Source: Octopus vulgaris
Lineage: Eukaryota
Direction: 5' to 3'
DNA: 64,000 nt
NCBI GenBank assembly: GCA_951406725.2
Contig: OX597829.1
Span: 43,524,001-43,588,000, forward strand
Both the position numbers and the translations under genes were made by a program. Within the stretch, counting starts at the first letter, position 1. Each line of letters begins with the position of its first letter. Shown here one piece after another: positions 27,699 through 42,413 of this stretch. A model generated the notes under the pieces. The model saw only the letters and a list, made by a program, of their open reading frames with translations. It was not told the origin of the DNA and ran no database searches.

Positions 27699-28101
27699 AC
27701 GAGGGTCGGCAGAAAAAGTTCATAAACTGACCAAGGGTTACTCTCATGGAATGTAACCAAATGAGGTTTATTTTTCAGCATGGGCCCCCCCACTGCCATC
27801 CTCATACGGTACACACACACACAGACTTCCTCTGTCGGTGTTATAACGCTTCGAAACCCATTGGTGAAGAAGCCTTCATCCCGTTGGTCAAAATGTCATC
27901 AACAGCTGATATGACGTAATCTATTTTCATGTAAAAAGTCGCTACTGGTTGCTTTTGAAGTGTTCTTCAAACTGTCAGATGTCAATTTACTTGGAAAGAT
28001 GCAAGCACTCATAAATAAGTACAGTTGAAAGCAATGCATGCAAAATCCCATATCATCACTCCTTCATGGTCAGACTATAAACTTTTCAGTCTAACCCCCC
28101 C
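27699..28101. mobile_element. Tc1/mariner-derived MITE, diverged
   Basis: Imperfect TIRs ACGAGGGTCGGCAGAAAAAGTTCATAAACTGACCA and TGGTCAGACTATAAACTTTTCAGTCTAACCCC, resembling mariner (TA)CGAGGG...GAAAAGTT ends. Confidence 0.55.
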
Positions 28102-28160
28102 TTAAATGAATGACGTTCGTTTAGTGTAAGGTGATAAACAAATGTCTCAGTATAAATACC

Positions 28161-28581
28161 TATTTCTTTATTACCCACAAGGGGCTGGCTAAACATAGAG
28201 GGGACAAACAAGGACAGACATAGGTATTAAGTCGATTACATCGACCTCAGTGCGTAACTGGTACTTAATTTATCGACCCCGAAAGGATGAAAGGCAAAGT
28301 CGACCTCGGCGGAATTTGAACTCACAACGTTGCGCCAGACGAAATACCTATTTCTTTATTACCCACAAGGGGCTAAACACAGAGGGGACAAACAAGGACA
28401 GACATAGGTATTAAGTCGATTACATCGACCCCAGTGCGTAACTGGTACTTAATTTATCGACCCCGAAAGGATGAAAGGCAAAGTGAACCTCAGCGGAATT
28501 TGAACTCACAACGTTGCGCCAGACGAAATACCGCTAAGCATTTCGCCCGGCGTGCTAACGTTTCTGCCAGCTCGCCGCCTT
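28161..28581 (-). mobile_element. SINE family A, internally duplicated copy
   Basis: Two near-identical bodies of about 185 bp, then the head (GCCAGCTCGCCGCCTT). Confidence 0.9.
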
Positions 28582-29652
28582 AAATACCCTTACATATAAA
28601 TATAAATATATATATAAATACCCTTACATATAGATAACCATTCATGCAGATCAATATTGGATGACTAAAATTTATTCTAATCTGCTTTGGTTTAATCTCT
28701 TGTTTAAAATATTTGATCAGATCAACTGGTCTTATTAAGGTATTTCCTTTCTTGTGGATGTTTGACTCTCAACAGCTCTAGTGTGAAGTTCTCCCTGCTA
28801 ATTTATCAATCGATGGAGGCTGCAATGGTAGTATTAACTTTCACCGTTATGGAAGCTGGTGATCTCACTGCCAGTCCACTTAAACGACTATGTATCATCG
28901 ACAGTGCAAAGAAATTGATTTTCTACAAGGTTGTCGAAAAAGGAGTGATTCAAAAAGCAATTTTGTACGAAGGAGAAGCTATCCTAAGGATAGAGTTTCT
29001 GATTTTAGAGAAGCGATCTGAGTCCTGCAGTAATATTTGAATAATTATTTGAATTTAGGATGTGATTAAACTCTACAGAAGCTCCTATTATGATACTCTG
29101 AGAAGATATTAAAGAGTAGTAGCATGAAAAAGAATAATTTTGATTATGAGAAACAGGTGGAAGTCGATGAGCAACAAGTATTGTGGTGTAGAGTAGTTTC
29201 AACGAAGATGGGTTATAATGAGTTTGTAGGCAGTTTCATAATACGTTACAGGGCTTGTATTGGTCTTACGTTTAGCAGGGCAGAAATCGGGGTTATTCTA
29301 TGATGGTTGTGGTGAAGTTAGGGAGGTGAGGACAGGAAACAGAGATCGAAAAAGACTGTAAAATGAAAAACAAAACACACAAAAAGAAATTATCTTTAGC
29401 AGGTGACGAAACAGAATAATTGCTACGTGGTTCCGTGGTTCCAGTTAATCTTTACTTAGAAAAGTAGCTGCATAGAGATACGATTAATATGAAGACCGAA
29501 AGATTACTGGCATTTTCTGGTGGCAAATAACGCTGTTCGGCACAACTGGAGCAAGTGACACTGTCAAAAAGCTTTGAAACCGGTGAAATCTATGTAAAAC
29601 AGCTGAGGAAGTTATCATATAATGAAAGCTCTAACATATATATGTATGTGTG

Positions 29653-29823
<171 letters not shown>

Positions 29824-29939
29824 TGTATATTTTTATATATATGTATATATATATATATTTTTTTTTTTTATTGTATATATTATAATTATATTTTTATATA
29901 TATATATATATATATAATATTATATATATATATATACAG

Positions 29940-29978
<39 letters not shown>

Positions 29979-30751
29979 ATATATATATATATATATATAC
30001 AGGATTGTGTATATATATATATATATCACCATTTATAATAATTATATTTTTATAATATATATATATAAATGTATATATACGTAAATATATATATATACAT
30101 AATACATTTAAGTAATATATATATGCGTGTATATGTTTGTGTGTCGGTGTATGTAAATATATATTTATGTGTGTATATATATATATGTAAGTATGTGTAT
30201 GTATGTATATGTATAGGTATGTATATATGGATAAATATCACTATGTGTGTATATAAATATATATATATATATATATACAATATATGTAACTATGTGTGTA
30301 TAAATATAAGTATAAAAATGTATATGCAAGTACGTAGGTATTTATGTATGCATATGATCGATATCAACTGGTAAAAGTAATGAAAAAAATTCACTACCGC
30401 CCAACATCACAAAATAACAATGCAAAAATATATACTTATATATACTTATATATACTTATATATACTTATATATATATATATATAGTCTCATTATATATAT
30501 ATACATATATGTATCAGCCCATATCTCTGTCATCGTAATGATGTCTCTTAGAAGACCCGATGATACGTCCCATCACTTGTCATTTGTTCACACCAAGACT
30601 TGTCTCTTTTGTAAAAAGTCACCGGGTTAATAACTCTGAACTGATAAAATATCACCTTTTTAAATTCAACAATTTACCAACCTTGTTATGTATGTCAAGC
30701 CAACAAACGTCCTAAGGTGTAACGCCACTGACGTGTTTGACTTGCCACCGC

Positions 30752-30787
<36 letters not shown>

Positions 30788-30945
30788 ACACACACACATT
30801 AGCAACGGCGCACCCGCGCGCTTCTGAGTGATTTTATTTATTCAATAGTTTTGATGTTTGGTATTTTATTTATTTTTTTTCCTATGTTTTTGTTTGTTCG
30901 CGGGTGTGTCCTATTGCACTTACTGTTTTCTGTCTACAATTTCAT

Positions 30946-31220
30946 TCTTCTTCTTCTTCTTCTTCTTCTTCTTCTTCTTCTTCTTCTTCTTCTTCTTCTT
31001 CTTCTTCTTCTTCTTCTTCTTCTTCTTCGTCTTCGTCTTCGTCTTCTTCGTCTTCTTCGTCTTCTTCTTCTTCACTTCCTCCTCCTACTTCCCCTCTTCC
31101 TCCTCCTCTTCTTCCCCTCTTCCTCCTCCTCTTCTTCCCCTCCTCCACATTCTCCTCCTCCTCCACATTCTCCTCCTCCTCATTCCCTTCCTCCACATCC
31201 TCTCCTCCCTCTCCTTCTCC
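30946..31220. repeat. (TTC)n tract and pyrimidine-rich low-complexity region
   Basis: About 28 TTC units, then CTC/TTC variants. Confidence 0.9.
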
Positions 31221-32497
31221 TCATAATCATCTTCGCGTGTATATAGATACAGACACAGGAAGCGGAGAAGTAGGAGGAGGAGGAAGTGAAGAAGAAAATA
31301 ACAACAACAACAACGAGAAAAGGGAGAAAAATAAATGTTTGTGTGTGTGTGTGTGTGTGTCTGTGTGTATCTGTGTGTATGTGCGTACGCCACTGTGTAC
31401 AAATGTATATATACATATCTAAATCATTGCTTATTGGAGTGAGAAGCGCAGCACCGATGAAGTGTACTGGTCTTCCCAAACACGTAGAAGAACCTGGAAA
31501 CAGCTAATCGCAAACTAAAGACTTGATTAAGATTATTTATATATGTATAATTTGGGACAATAGCGTCTATTGCCATTATAGGCTACAATCGAATGTGCTA
31601 TTTGAACTGAGATCGCTGAGAGTTGGAACAAATCTCGTAAAATGTTCCATCCGAAGATCCAACGATTTCTCCTGTCCCACGCTTGTGACCATTGTGAAAT
31701 GAGTGACTGAATGAAACCTTGTTGGTCTAGGTAATGTGTAATAATGTCCTTTCTGTATTATCGAAGCGATATAAAATACACTGGGATTGGGGACTATGCT
31801 AATCACGCATAGTTATCATGAAATGATCGACGACAGAGTTGAAGAAATTGCGTGCAGCCACGCAACTCTGTCTGAGCCCGCAGTTGATGGGGAGTTAGTC
31901 AAAGTCCTGTCTTAATTATATTATATTATATTATATTTGTCATAATTATTTTATATTATATCATATTATATTATATGATAATATATTAGATTCGACTGTT
32001 ACCAACATGTTCTAAATAATCTTAAGAATGAAACATCAATTATGTAATGAGAAACCAAGCTATACAACCAGAAGAGATGCTTCTACACTGCAAGGAGCAT
32101 TGCAATTAATTGTATAGTTTCCCATCAACGAGAGAATAGTGCAGGATTATTTATATATGTATAATTTGGGACAATAGCATCTATTGCCATCAGACGTAAA
32201 TGAATCGTAGCTCTTCGCTCCGACATTCGAAACTCCGAGTACTATAATGAAAACGTACTGTTTGTCCTAAATTACACACACACACACACAAATATAATAG
32301 AAACAATCGAGACGGAAGTTAGGATGTACATCGAACGTACACTGCGGAACTTTTAATGTAGATTCAGTTAGCCATAGGCAGTGAAGGTGCTTTATCGGCA
32401 TAGCATTAGGGACGAAATATTTAAACTTCAAATTTTAATTTTGATTTTAACTCATATACATATAAATACACACACACACACACATACATACATATAT

Positions 32498-32537
<40 letters not shown>

Positions 32538-32564
32538 ATTTATATATATACATATATATGCATG

Positions 32565-32920
32565 TAGGCCCATGAGTTGCTTGGCTGTGTGATAAAAAGC
32601 TTGCTTCCCAACCACATGATTCCGGGTTCACTCTCCGTGGCACGTTAGATGAATGTCTTCTACTATAGCCTCGGGCCGACCAAAGCCTTGCGAGTGTATA
32701 TATTTATGCGTGCGCGTCTTGGTGTCTGTGTTTGACCACCTGCCGATCGCTTCACACCTGATGTTGGTGAGTTTAAGTCCCCGTAACTTAGCGATTCAGC
32801 AAAGAGATATCGATTAATTAAGTACTAAGCTTACAAAGTATAAGCTCTGGCAGTGCTCCAGCATGGCTGCAGTGAAATGACTGCAGTGAGATGACTGCAA
32901 CAAGTAAAGGAATAAAAGAT
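32565..32920 (+). mobile_element. tRNA-derived SINE family B
   Basis: TGGCTGTGTGATAAAAAGCTTGCTTCCCAACCACATG..CCGGGTTCA...GTCCCCGTAACTTAGCG...GTGCTCCAGCATGGCTGCAG...ACAAGTAAA. Confidence 0.8.
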
Positions 32921-33100
32921 GAAACCGTCTCGAGTGTAACTGTCCGTTTCGGACATGAATTTTGGCACCTGACTGATGAAACACGGCCACGAATGACCCG
33001 TTTTATTTTTGCCTGTCCCTCTAATTGTTGTTTCTCTTGTCCGCCTTTGTATCGTCTATCTGTCCGAACGTTTTATTGTCCCCTATTGCATTTTTGTTCC

Positions 33101-33139
<39 letters not shown>

Positions 33140-33442
33140 ATTTTCAGGTATATATATATATATATATATACATACATACATATGTACGTACATACATACA
33201 TACTCACAAGGATATATAACTGCATCAAAAGCAATGTTCTTTATGTAGTGTGTGTGTGTGCATAGGCAGCCACATATACATACACACAAACGAACAAACA
33301 TGGATGTACGTCGTCTCGCGCCGCACACACGCGCGCATTCGTTCCCAAAATTATCTGCAACTCTCTTTCAACTCAATTTTTCATTCCGTCTCTCTCTCTT
33401 CCTCCCACATTTTATATCTTTTTGTATCATATCCGTTTCTGT

Positions 33443-33520
<78 letters not shown>

Positions 33521-33609
33521 ATATATATATATATATATATGTATATATAAATATATATATATATATATATCCCTCCTATTTTCTTTTCCTGATACTCCTT
33601 ACACCCCAT

Positions 33610-33765
33610 TCTCTCTCTCTCTCCCTTTCTCTCCGGGATCCTCTTCTCTCTCTCTCCCTTCTCTCCGGGACCCCCGTCTCTCTCTCTCTCTCTCCCTTTC
33701 TCTCCGGGACCCCGTCTCTCTCTCTCTCTCTCTCTCCCTCTCTCCCTTTCTCTCCGGGACCTCCT

Positions 33766-33799
<34 letters not shown>

Positions 33800-33937
33800 G
33801 CTGTCTATCTTTCTAATTCGCTCTTTCTCTTTCTATCTCTCTCTCCCTCTCCCTCTCCCTCTCTCCCTTTCTCTCCGGGACCCCCTTTCTCTCTCCCTGT
33901 CTCTCTCTCTCTTTCTCTCGCTGTCTATCTTTCTAAT

Positions 33938-33976
<39 letters not shown>

Positions 33977-34075
33977 GTCCCCTTCTCTCCGGGACCCCCT
34001 TCTCTCTTTCTCTCTCTCTCTCTCTCTTTATCTCGCTGTCTATCTTTCTAATTCGCTCTTTCTCTTTCTTTCTAC
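33610..34075. repeat. Composite (CT)n minisatellite
   Basis: Recurrent CCCTT(T)CTCTCCGGGA(C/T)C units (six) and CTCGCTGTCTATCTTTCTAATTCGCTCT units (three) separated by (CT)n. Confidence 0.85.
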
Positions 34076-34849
34076 CTCTCTCATCGTTCCACAACATTTC
34101 TTCTTCTCTCAATTTTAGTATGTACGCGTTTCCCTAGCAACCAACAACGAGCTGTTACAGCTATACACACACACTGGCCAGACTTAAACACGTCTCCAGC
34201 CTGACTCGAAATATTTTCCACAAAGCATCTTATTTTTCCACACAATAATACTTAAACCACTATCAACCACTTACCTTTCGCATTATCTTTCATTACGTTA
34301 TAGGTTTCGTACACACATCAGTTACGTCACACAACAACATCTCCTCCCCTAACACACACACGTACACACACACACGCAATACATGCGCCCATAAAGTGGC
34401 ACATATACGCACACAAATACGCATAAACATGGCCCCCCCCCCCCCTAACAAACACACACACACACAAACACATACATACACAAAGATTATACGCACAAAC
34501 ACACATCACACTCAAACGAAAACAACTCGCAGATTTGCGCGCGCAAGACACACACACACAAATACACACACACACACACACGCACGCACGCACGCACACG
34601 CACATATTTAACGTAAACCAACATCTCACACCTCACCTCCCACACTACCACGCACATACACATATACATCTACACACCCGCACGTACACAAAACTGTGTA
34701 GGCTTTCACAAACGTAAACATATCCCTCTCACAAATACACTAACTTACGCACATATATATATACATACATACATACATATTTACGTACGTACATAAGTAC
34801 ATATACGCACATGTCCATACAAACACAGACACATTCATACGCAAGCATT

Positions 34850-34935
34850 CTCGCACATACATGCATACATACACATACATATATACATATACATACATAC
34901 ATACATAAATACACACATACATACATACATACATG

Positions 34936-34967
<32 letters not shown>

Positions 34968-35021
34968 CATACACATGCATACATGCATAGACGCATACAC
35001 GCATACATACATACATGCATG

Positions 35022-35053
<32 letters not shown>

Positions 35054-35313
35054 CATGCATGCATGCATACATACATACATACATACATACATACATACAT
35101 ACATACATGCATGCATGCATATATACATACATACATGCATGCATGCATATATACATACATACATGCATGCATGCATATATACATACATACATGCATACAT
35201 ACATACATACATACACACATATATACATACACACATGCATACATGCATAGACGCATACACGCATACATACATACATGCATGCATACATACATACATACAT
35301 ACATACATACATG

Positions 35314-35345
<32 letters not shown>

Positions 35346-35530
35346 CATACACACATGCATACATGCATAGACGCATACACGCATACATACATGCATATAT
35401 ACATACATACATACATACATACATACATACATACATACATACATACATACATACATACATACATACATGCATGCATGCATGCATATATACATACATACAT
35501 GCATGCATGCATGCATATATACATACATAC
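34850..35530. repeat. (ATAC)n/(ATGC)n array with higher-order repeat
   Basis: CACATGCATACATGCATAGACGCATACACGCATAC occurs three times within the array. Confidence 0.85.
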
Positions 35531-35835
35531 ATGCACAATTCCTCGACGTGCTAGAAATAGCACCTAACCTATCCTCAAATCTCGAACAACTACCCCAAGT
35601 TTGTCCTTAAGCCTACGTTTTTTTTTTCTCTAAAAAGGGCTGATGGGCATCGTTGGAGCGCTTTAATACAAGAGTGTACTCGCTCAGGTTGTACTACGGC
35701 TTGCCTTTGCAACATTCCATTGAGGAATAAGAATACTCAATATTTCCACAAATGCACGGACGACACACACGCATGTACACGTACGTGCATATACACGCCC
35801 GCAAATCACACACACACACAAAATATGCATACATA

Positions 35836-35992
35836 TAGGCATGGCTGTGTGGTAAGAAACTTGCTTCCCAACGATGTGGTTCCAAGTTCGGTCCCACTGC
35901 ATTGTTACTTGGCCAAAGTATTTTCTACTATAAAGTCGAGCCGACCAAATCCTTATGAGTAGAATAGGTAGAAGGAAACTAAAAGAAGCTCG

Positions 35993-36063
<71 letters not shown>

Positions 36064-36234
36064 ATATATATATATATATATATATATATGACAACTGTTG
36101 TGTCCGTAACCTGACTGCCCGACATAAGAGACCGATAAAATAAGTACTAAAAAATTTTCCTTTGACTAAAACCCTTCAAAACATTGCTCCAGCATGGCCG
36201 CAGTCAAATGACTGAAACAAGTAAAAGAATAAAA

Positions 36235-36238
<4 letters not shown>
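35836..36238 (+). mobile_element. SINE family B with expanded internal (TA)n
   Basis: GGCATGGCTGTGTGGTAAGAAACTTGCTTCCCAAC...GCTCCAGCATGGCCGCAGTCAAATGACTGAAACAAGTAAAAG. Confidence 0.85.
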
Positions 36239-36271
<33 letters not shown>

Positions 36272-36276
<5 letters not shown>

Positions 36277-36360
36277 CGGGAAGCTTTATGAAAATAAACA
36301 AAAGACGAAGGCAGGTGAAATATAAACAAACAATTGTATTAGTATGGCGCTCAGGAATAT
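36272..36360. repeat. Dispersed short repeat family E embedded in (TA)n; inverted copy at about 41950-42005
   Basis: GGGAAGCTTTATGAAAATAAACAAAAGACGAAGGCAGGTG is the reverse complement of CACCTGCCTTCGTCTTTTGTCTATTTTCATAAAGCTTCCC with one mismatch. Confidence 0.8.
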
Positions 36361-36470
36361 AAATAAATGTATGTGCATATATATTCTATATCTATATATA
36401 AATATATATATATATATATGTAAGTATATATATGTATGTGTATATATATATATGCATGTATTTATATCTA

Positions 36471-36515
<45 letters not shown>

Positions 36516-36983
36516 TTATTTTAAGCAGCAGAAAATATATCATCAGACAGTTTTGCTAGAAAAAACTGTCTATGAACGGCAACGAGAAACTCAGAGTAAC
36601 AGATATATTATACCACTGGTATTTGAGTACTCTTTTTTCCACCTTGTTTCACATTTATGTGTTTACTCCGGTATATATACACATATACATATATATATAT
36701 ATATGAACACTGGTGTGCGCAGACGCACACATTTATATGTAGGGAAGTAAATATGCACGCACCTCTGCTAGCTTTCTGTTTACACACGTTTTTCGGAAAC
36801 ACATACATTCAAAGGTATATTATACATAGTTGTATCATTATCCAGCAGTGTATATGCGTGTGAGATCAATAAACATAAATATATATGGATTATATAGAAG
36901 TGATTTTTATGCGTGTGTGTTCGTGCCTTTAATACTCTCTATCTCTCTCTCTCCCTCTTTCTCTTTTTCTCTCCCTCTTTCTG

Positions 36984-37042
<59 letters not shown>

Positions 37043-37413
37043 CGTGTGTATGTGTGTGCTTGAGCGTGTGTTCCTATTTGTGTCTCGGTATATTCCCTCA
37101 ATGGCATGAAAACGGTTTTTCTCTTCAAATCAAAACGCGAAATGATTGCATAAACTACGCTTTATTTCATTTTCTCTGAAAATTGCTTCAATACGATTTA
37201 AAGATTTCCAGGTATAAACGAACAGGTTCGACCTGTCATTCCACCATAATCCTCACCTAATTCCGCTGCTACTCGCACTTTCAGTTCGTATAATATTTCC
37301 ATGCAATTTTATCGAAAACAACTGAAACGAAATTACCACCAAGTGATCTCTTTTATTCTTGCGCTTACCTCCATTTTCTTTTAGTCTTCTCCTTCTCCCT
37401 CCCCGCTCTCACA

Positions 37414-37444
<31 letters not shown>

Positions 37445-37481
37445 CATCCATCCATCTATCCATCTATCTATCTATCCATCC

Positions 37482-37576
<95 letters not shown>

Positions 37577-37593
37577 CATCCATCCGTCCGTCC

Positions 37594-37990
<397 letters not shown>

Positions 37991-38152
37991 GTCAGATAGA
38001 TATGCTGACAGATACATGGGCAGATAGATAGATAGATACAGACAGACAGAGAGGCAGACAGACAGACAGTCAGACAGATAGATAGGTAGATAGATAGTTT
38101 TCAGTTAACTCGTTCAGTGATTGCGCCTGATTTTTTTTTAACCGGACAAATC

Positions 38153-38194
<42 letters not shown>

Positions 38195-38684
38195 AAACGG
38201 AGAGTGTGGTGGTGTGTTGACGATCTGAATGACAGCTTATATAAACTTACCATCCCCCTACCACTGCATATTAATTTATTAAACCCTCTCCTTTTCCTTG
38301 CTTCCATTCGAGGCTTTATCAGTTTTACATATGAATGTGTGTGTGTGAGTGTATACATATACATGTGTCTGTGTATTTACGTACGTATATGTGTGCATCG
38401 TCCAAAACAGATAACCCAATGGCCCGGATGTTGTTTGTTGCTCTTCTATTATTTTTGCAAACTGTAGTAACTTTCTTCAGCTGAATACACGTCATTGATT
38501 GGTTACAATTACGCCAAAATACGGCAACTTTAACACGAAATAACTTCTAAAACACAAAATTGTCACAAACTTTATGAGTAAACCGTGTTCTACGTGACTT
38601 ATTCAACCAGTAGCCGAAGTTTCAAACTGTTTTGTTAAGAGAAAAATTAATTAAATCTGTGACTGAGATTTGAATAGTTTCGGA

Positions 38685-38710
38685 AAGGTAAACGGAAAGA
38701 AGCTCGTCGC

Positions 38711-38758
<48 letters not shown>

Positions 38759-39100
38759 GAAAAATACAAACTGGGACAAGAACGTAAAACATTTATACAT
38801 ACATACATACATACATACAAGAACGCAAAACATCCAGACAGTTAGATGAAACAAAAAGGGGACAACAAAATATCGAGACAGACGTTGTGTGTTTGTGTTT
38901 CTCCTTCCCACTATCGCTTGACAACCGATGTTGGTACGTTTACGTCCCCGTAACTAAGCGGTTCGGCAAAAAGAGACCGATAAAATAAGTGCTAGGGCTT
39001 TACAAAGAATAAAGTCCTGGGATCGATTTGGTCGACTAAAGGCGGTGCTCCAGCATGGCCACAGTGAAAATAACTGAAACAAGGTAAAAGATGAAAAGAG
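38685..39100 (+). mobile_element. SINE family B, 5'-truncated and interrupted by a family D piece
   Basis: AAACGGAAAGAAGCTCGTCG-(TA)n-insert-GCTTGACAACCGATG...GGCGGTGCTCCAGCATGGCC. Confidence 0.8.
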
Positions 39101-39639
39101 AATGATGATAATAATGATGACGATGATGATGATGATGACGATGATGATGATGACGATGATGATAAAAGCGAAGAGCCACCGACGATGAAGAAATTGTAAA
39201 TAAATAATAAGGAGAATACGAAACCGGAACAAGCAAAACTCTTAAAAGTCACCTGTAAATTTAACTTGTCAACGCTGGAGCCAGCTTTCTGTTTAGCACA
39301 CTTCACTACCCTTTGATTTCGCCATGTGTAATGCGTATCTATGGTTTTATATGCGTGTGCATATATGTATGTGAGTGGGTATGGTTGTGTGTGCATGTAA
39401 ATATATATTTAAATATATGTGTGTGTGTGTGTGCGTGTGTGTGTATTAGTGCGTGCGTATACTTACACACACACATGCACACACGCACACAAACACATAC
39501 ACAGCAACACAAGCACACACACACATATATACGCGTGTATAAGCGAGTGTGCATAGTTCTAAATGAATGTATATATTTATATATATACATTCATATACGT
39601 TTACGTATATTTAAACGTTTGCGCATGTGTTGCAAAGAT

Positions 39640-39698
<59 letters not shown>

Positions 39699-39729
39699 CG
39701 TGTGTGTGTATATAATATATATAAATACG

Positions 39730-39760
<31 letters not shown>

Positions 39761-40384
39761 ACGTGCATTTATGTTTTATGCGACCGTGTTTGTGTGGGCG
39801 TTGACACATGAGTTCATGTTCACGAAGTTGTAGCAAATTTGTATACATTCAACAAACGAATTTTTGCTTAAACATACACGATGTTTGTACCAGGGTTGAT
39901 TTCTCATTATTGTTGCTACTGTTGCATGCTGTCTATCCTACCAGTGATGATAGTGCTGCTGTTGGAAATGATAATGACCACGACGACGAGAAGAAGAAGT
40001 AGGATCAGGAGGAGGAGGAGGAGGAGGAGGAGTAGGAGGGTGATGATGGTGAAAGTGTTGATTGTGATAGTGAGGATAAAGATGATGGTGATGGTGATGG
40101 CGATGACGGTGAAGATTATGACAGTGATGATAGCAATGATGGGGGAATGACAGTGCCTATCGATTGTGGTCATTGATATATATATATATATATACATACT
40201 TTGATACTTTGATAGGTTTCGGCCATTATTGGCCCAGGCCATGTCTAACTTAATAGCGCCACCTGGTGAAGTCTTTCAAGTCAGAATTTGGGCACTATGG
40301 CCCACTCAAGTAGAGAGTTATTGTTTACAGAGACATATCCGGGTGTAGGGGGTTTATCCGGGATTTCTTGATATATATATTTAT

Positions 40385-40545
40385 GACGGGCTTCTTTCAG
40401 TTTCCGTCTATCAAATCCACTCACAGGGCTTTGGTCGGCCCGAGGCTACAGTAGAAAACACTTGAGACACTTGCCCAAGGTGTCCCTCGATGGGACTGAA
40501 CCCGAAACTATGTGATTGGTAAGCAAGCAAGCCACTCCTGCTTGT
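40385..40545 (-). mobile_element. SINE family B, 5' half
   Basis: GACGGGCTTCTTTCAGTTTCCGTCTA...CACTTGCCCAAGG...GGGACTGAACCC. Confidence 0.8.
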
Positions 40546-40761
40546 TCTAGTTGTCATTTTTCTTTCCTTTTCTTTCTTTTTTTGTTAACTTTTATCCTTT
40601 GCGATTCAAATTGGTACAAAGAACACCGAGAGTTTTCATGTCGCAGAATATATGCACCAAACAGTAAAATCAGTTTTATGTTTGCCTTTTCTTTGTATTA
40701 AGTCACGTTCAAGAGCAGTAGTTTTAGTAGTAAAATGTTTGGCTGTCATCTCCCTAAGACC

Positions 40762-40925
40762 AGTGTTCTGCAACCGGTATGCCGCAGCGCACTGGTGTGC
40801 CACGAGACGATGCTAGGTGTGCCGCAGTGTAACTCGAATATAATTAATTATTTCCCCTTATGCCTGTAGTTCAGGTGTGCCACCGAATTTTGAAAAGAAC
40901 ATAAATGTACCGCAAATGAAAAAAG
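40762..40925. mobile_element. Probable hAT (Charlie-like) MITE fragment
   Basis: Begins CAGTGTTCTGCAACCGG with repeated subterminal (G)TGTGCC motifs. The right TIR is not recognisable. Confidence 0.45.
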
Positions 40926-41090
40926 CATGCCCTAGATTCTAATCTTTCATACACAGACATACACATGCACACACACACACAACCACACACTCACATACAC
41001 ACACATGCACATAGGCAAAAAGACACACATATACGCACACATGCACACATACGAATACACACACACATACACGCGGGGTTTCACGTAATC

Positions 41091-41321
41091 TATTTCATTA
41101 CTACCCACAAGGGGCTAAACCACAGAGGGGACAAACAAGGACAGACAAACGGATTAAGTCGATTATATCGACCCCAGTGCGTAACTGGTACTTATTTAAT
41201 CGACCCCGAAAGGATGAAAGGCAAAGTCGACCTCGGCGGAATTTGAACTCAGAACGTAACGGCAGACGAAATACGGCTACGCATTTCGCCCGGCGTGCTA
41301 ACGTTTCTGCCAGCTCGCCGT
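41091..41321 (-). mobile_element. SINE family A, young near-full-length copy about 120 bp upstream of the Tbx exon
   Basis: Near-consensus body; 14-bp TSD GGTTTCACGTAATC at 41077-41090 and 41322-41335. Confidence 0.92.
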
Positions 41322-41397
41322 GGTTTCACGTAATCATTTAATTATTACTGACCATATAATTAATCATATTAATGTTTCCTTATTGACCTCAATTTGA

Positions 41398-41715
<318 letters not shown>

Positions 41716-42377
41716 TAACTCTTAAGTGTTTTCTTTTTTCTACGCTTATATTTGATATAACTTGTTCTCATCACGAAATGTTTATACACACACACACACA
41801 CACACAGATACACACTTACACACATATATGTACACATGTACACACACAAGCACCATGTGTATATATATATATATATGTATGCGTTTGCGTATCTATAGCT
41901 ATATATATATATATATATATATGCATACATACACATATTTATAGACAAAAGACGTTTGTTTTCCACCTGCCTTCGTCTTTTGTCTATTTTCATAAAGCTT
42001 CCCTATATATATACATATATATATATACATGCATACATACATATATATATATATGCATATATATATAAATATATATATATATATATTTATATGAATATAT
42101 ACATATATACACACATATATATATGTATATATTTATGTACATGCGTATATGTATACATATACATGTATACATATATATATATATATATATACACATGTAT
42201 GTGTATACATATACGCATGTATATAAATATATACATATATATACATATATTCATATGTATATATGTATCTCTGTATATACATATATATATATATATTTCT
42301 ATGTATATATATGTTTATATATGCATATATATATATATATATACATACATACATATATATATCTATCTATCTATCTA

Positions 42378-42413
<36 letters not shown>

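Noticed and set aside
28700-29620. Possible decayed retroelement coding sequence (ORFs 28762-29040 and 29005-29202)
   Set aside because: Only faint motif hints; I could not establish a frame or family by eye. It needs BLASTx.
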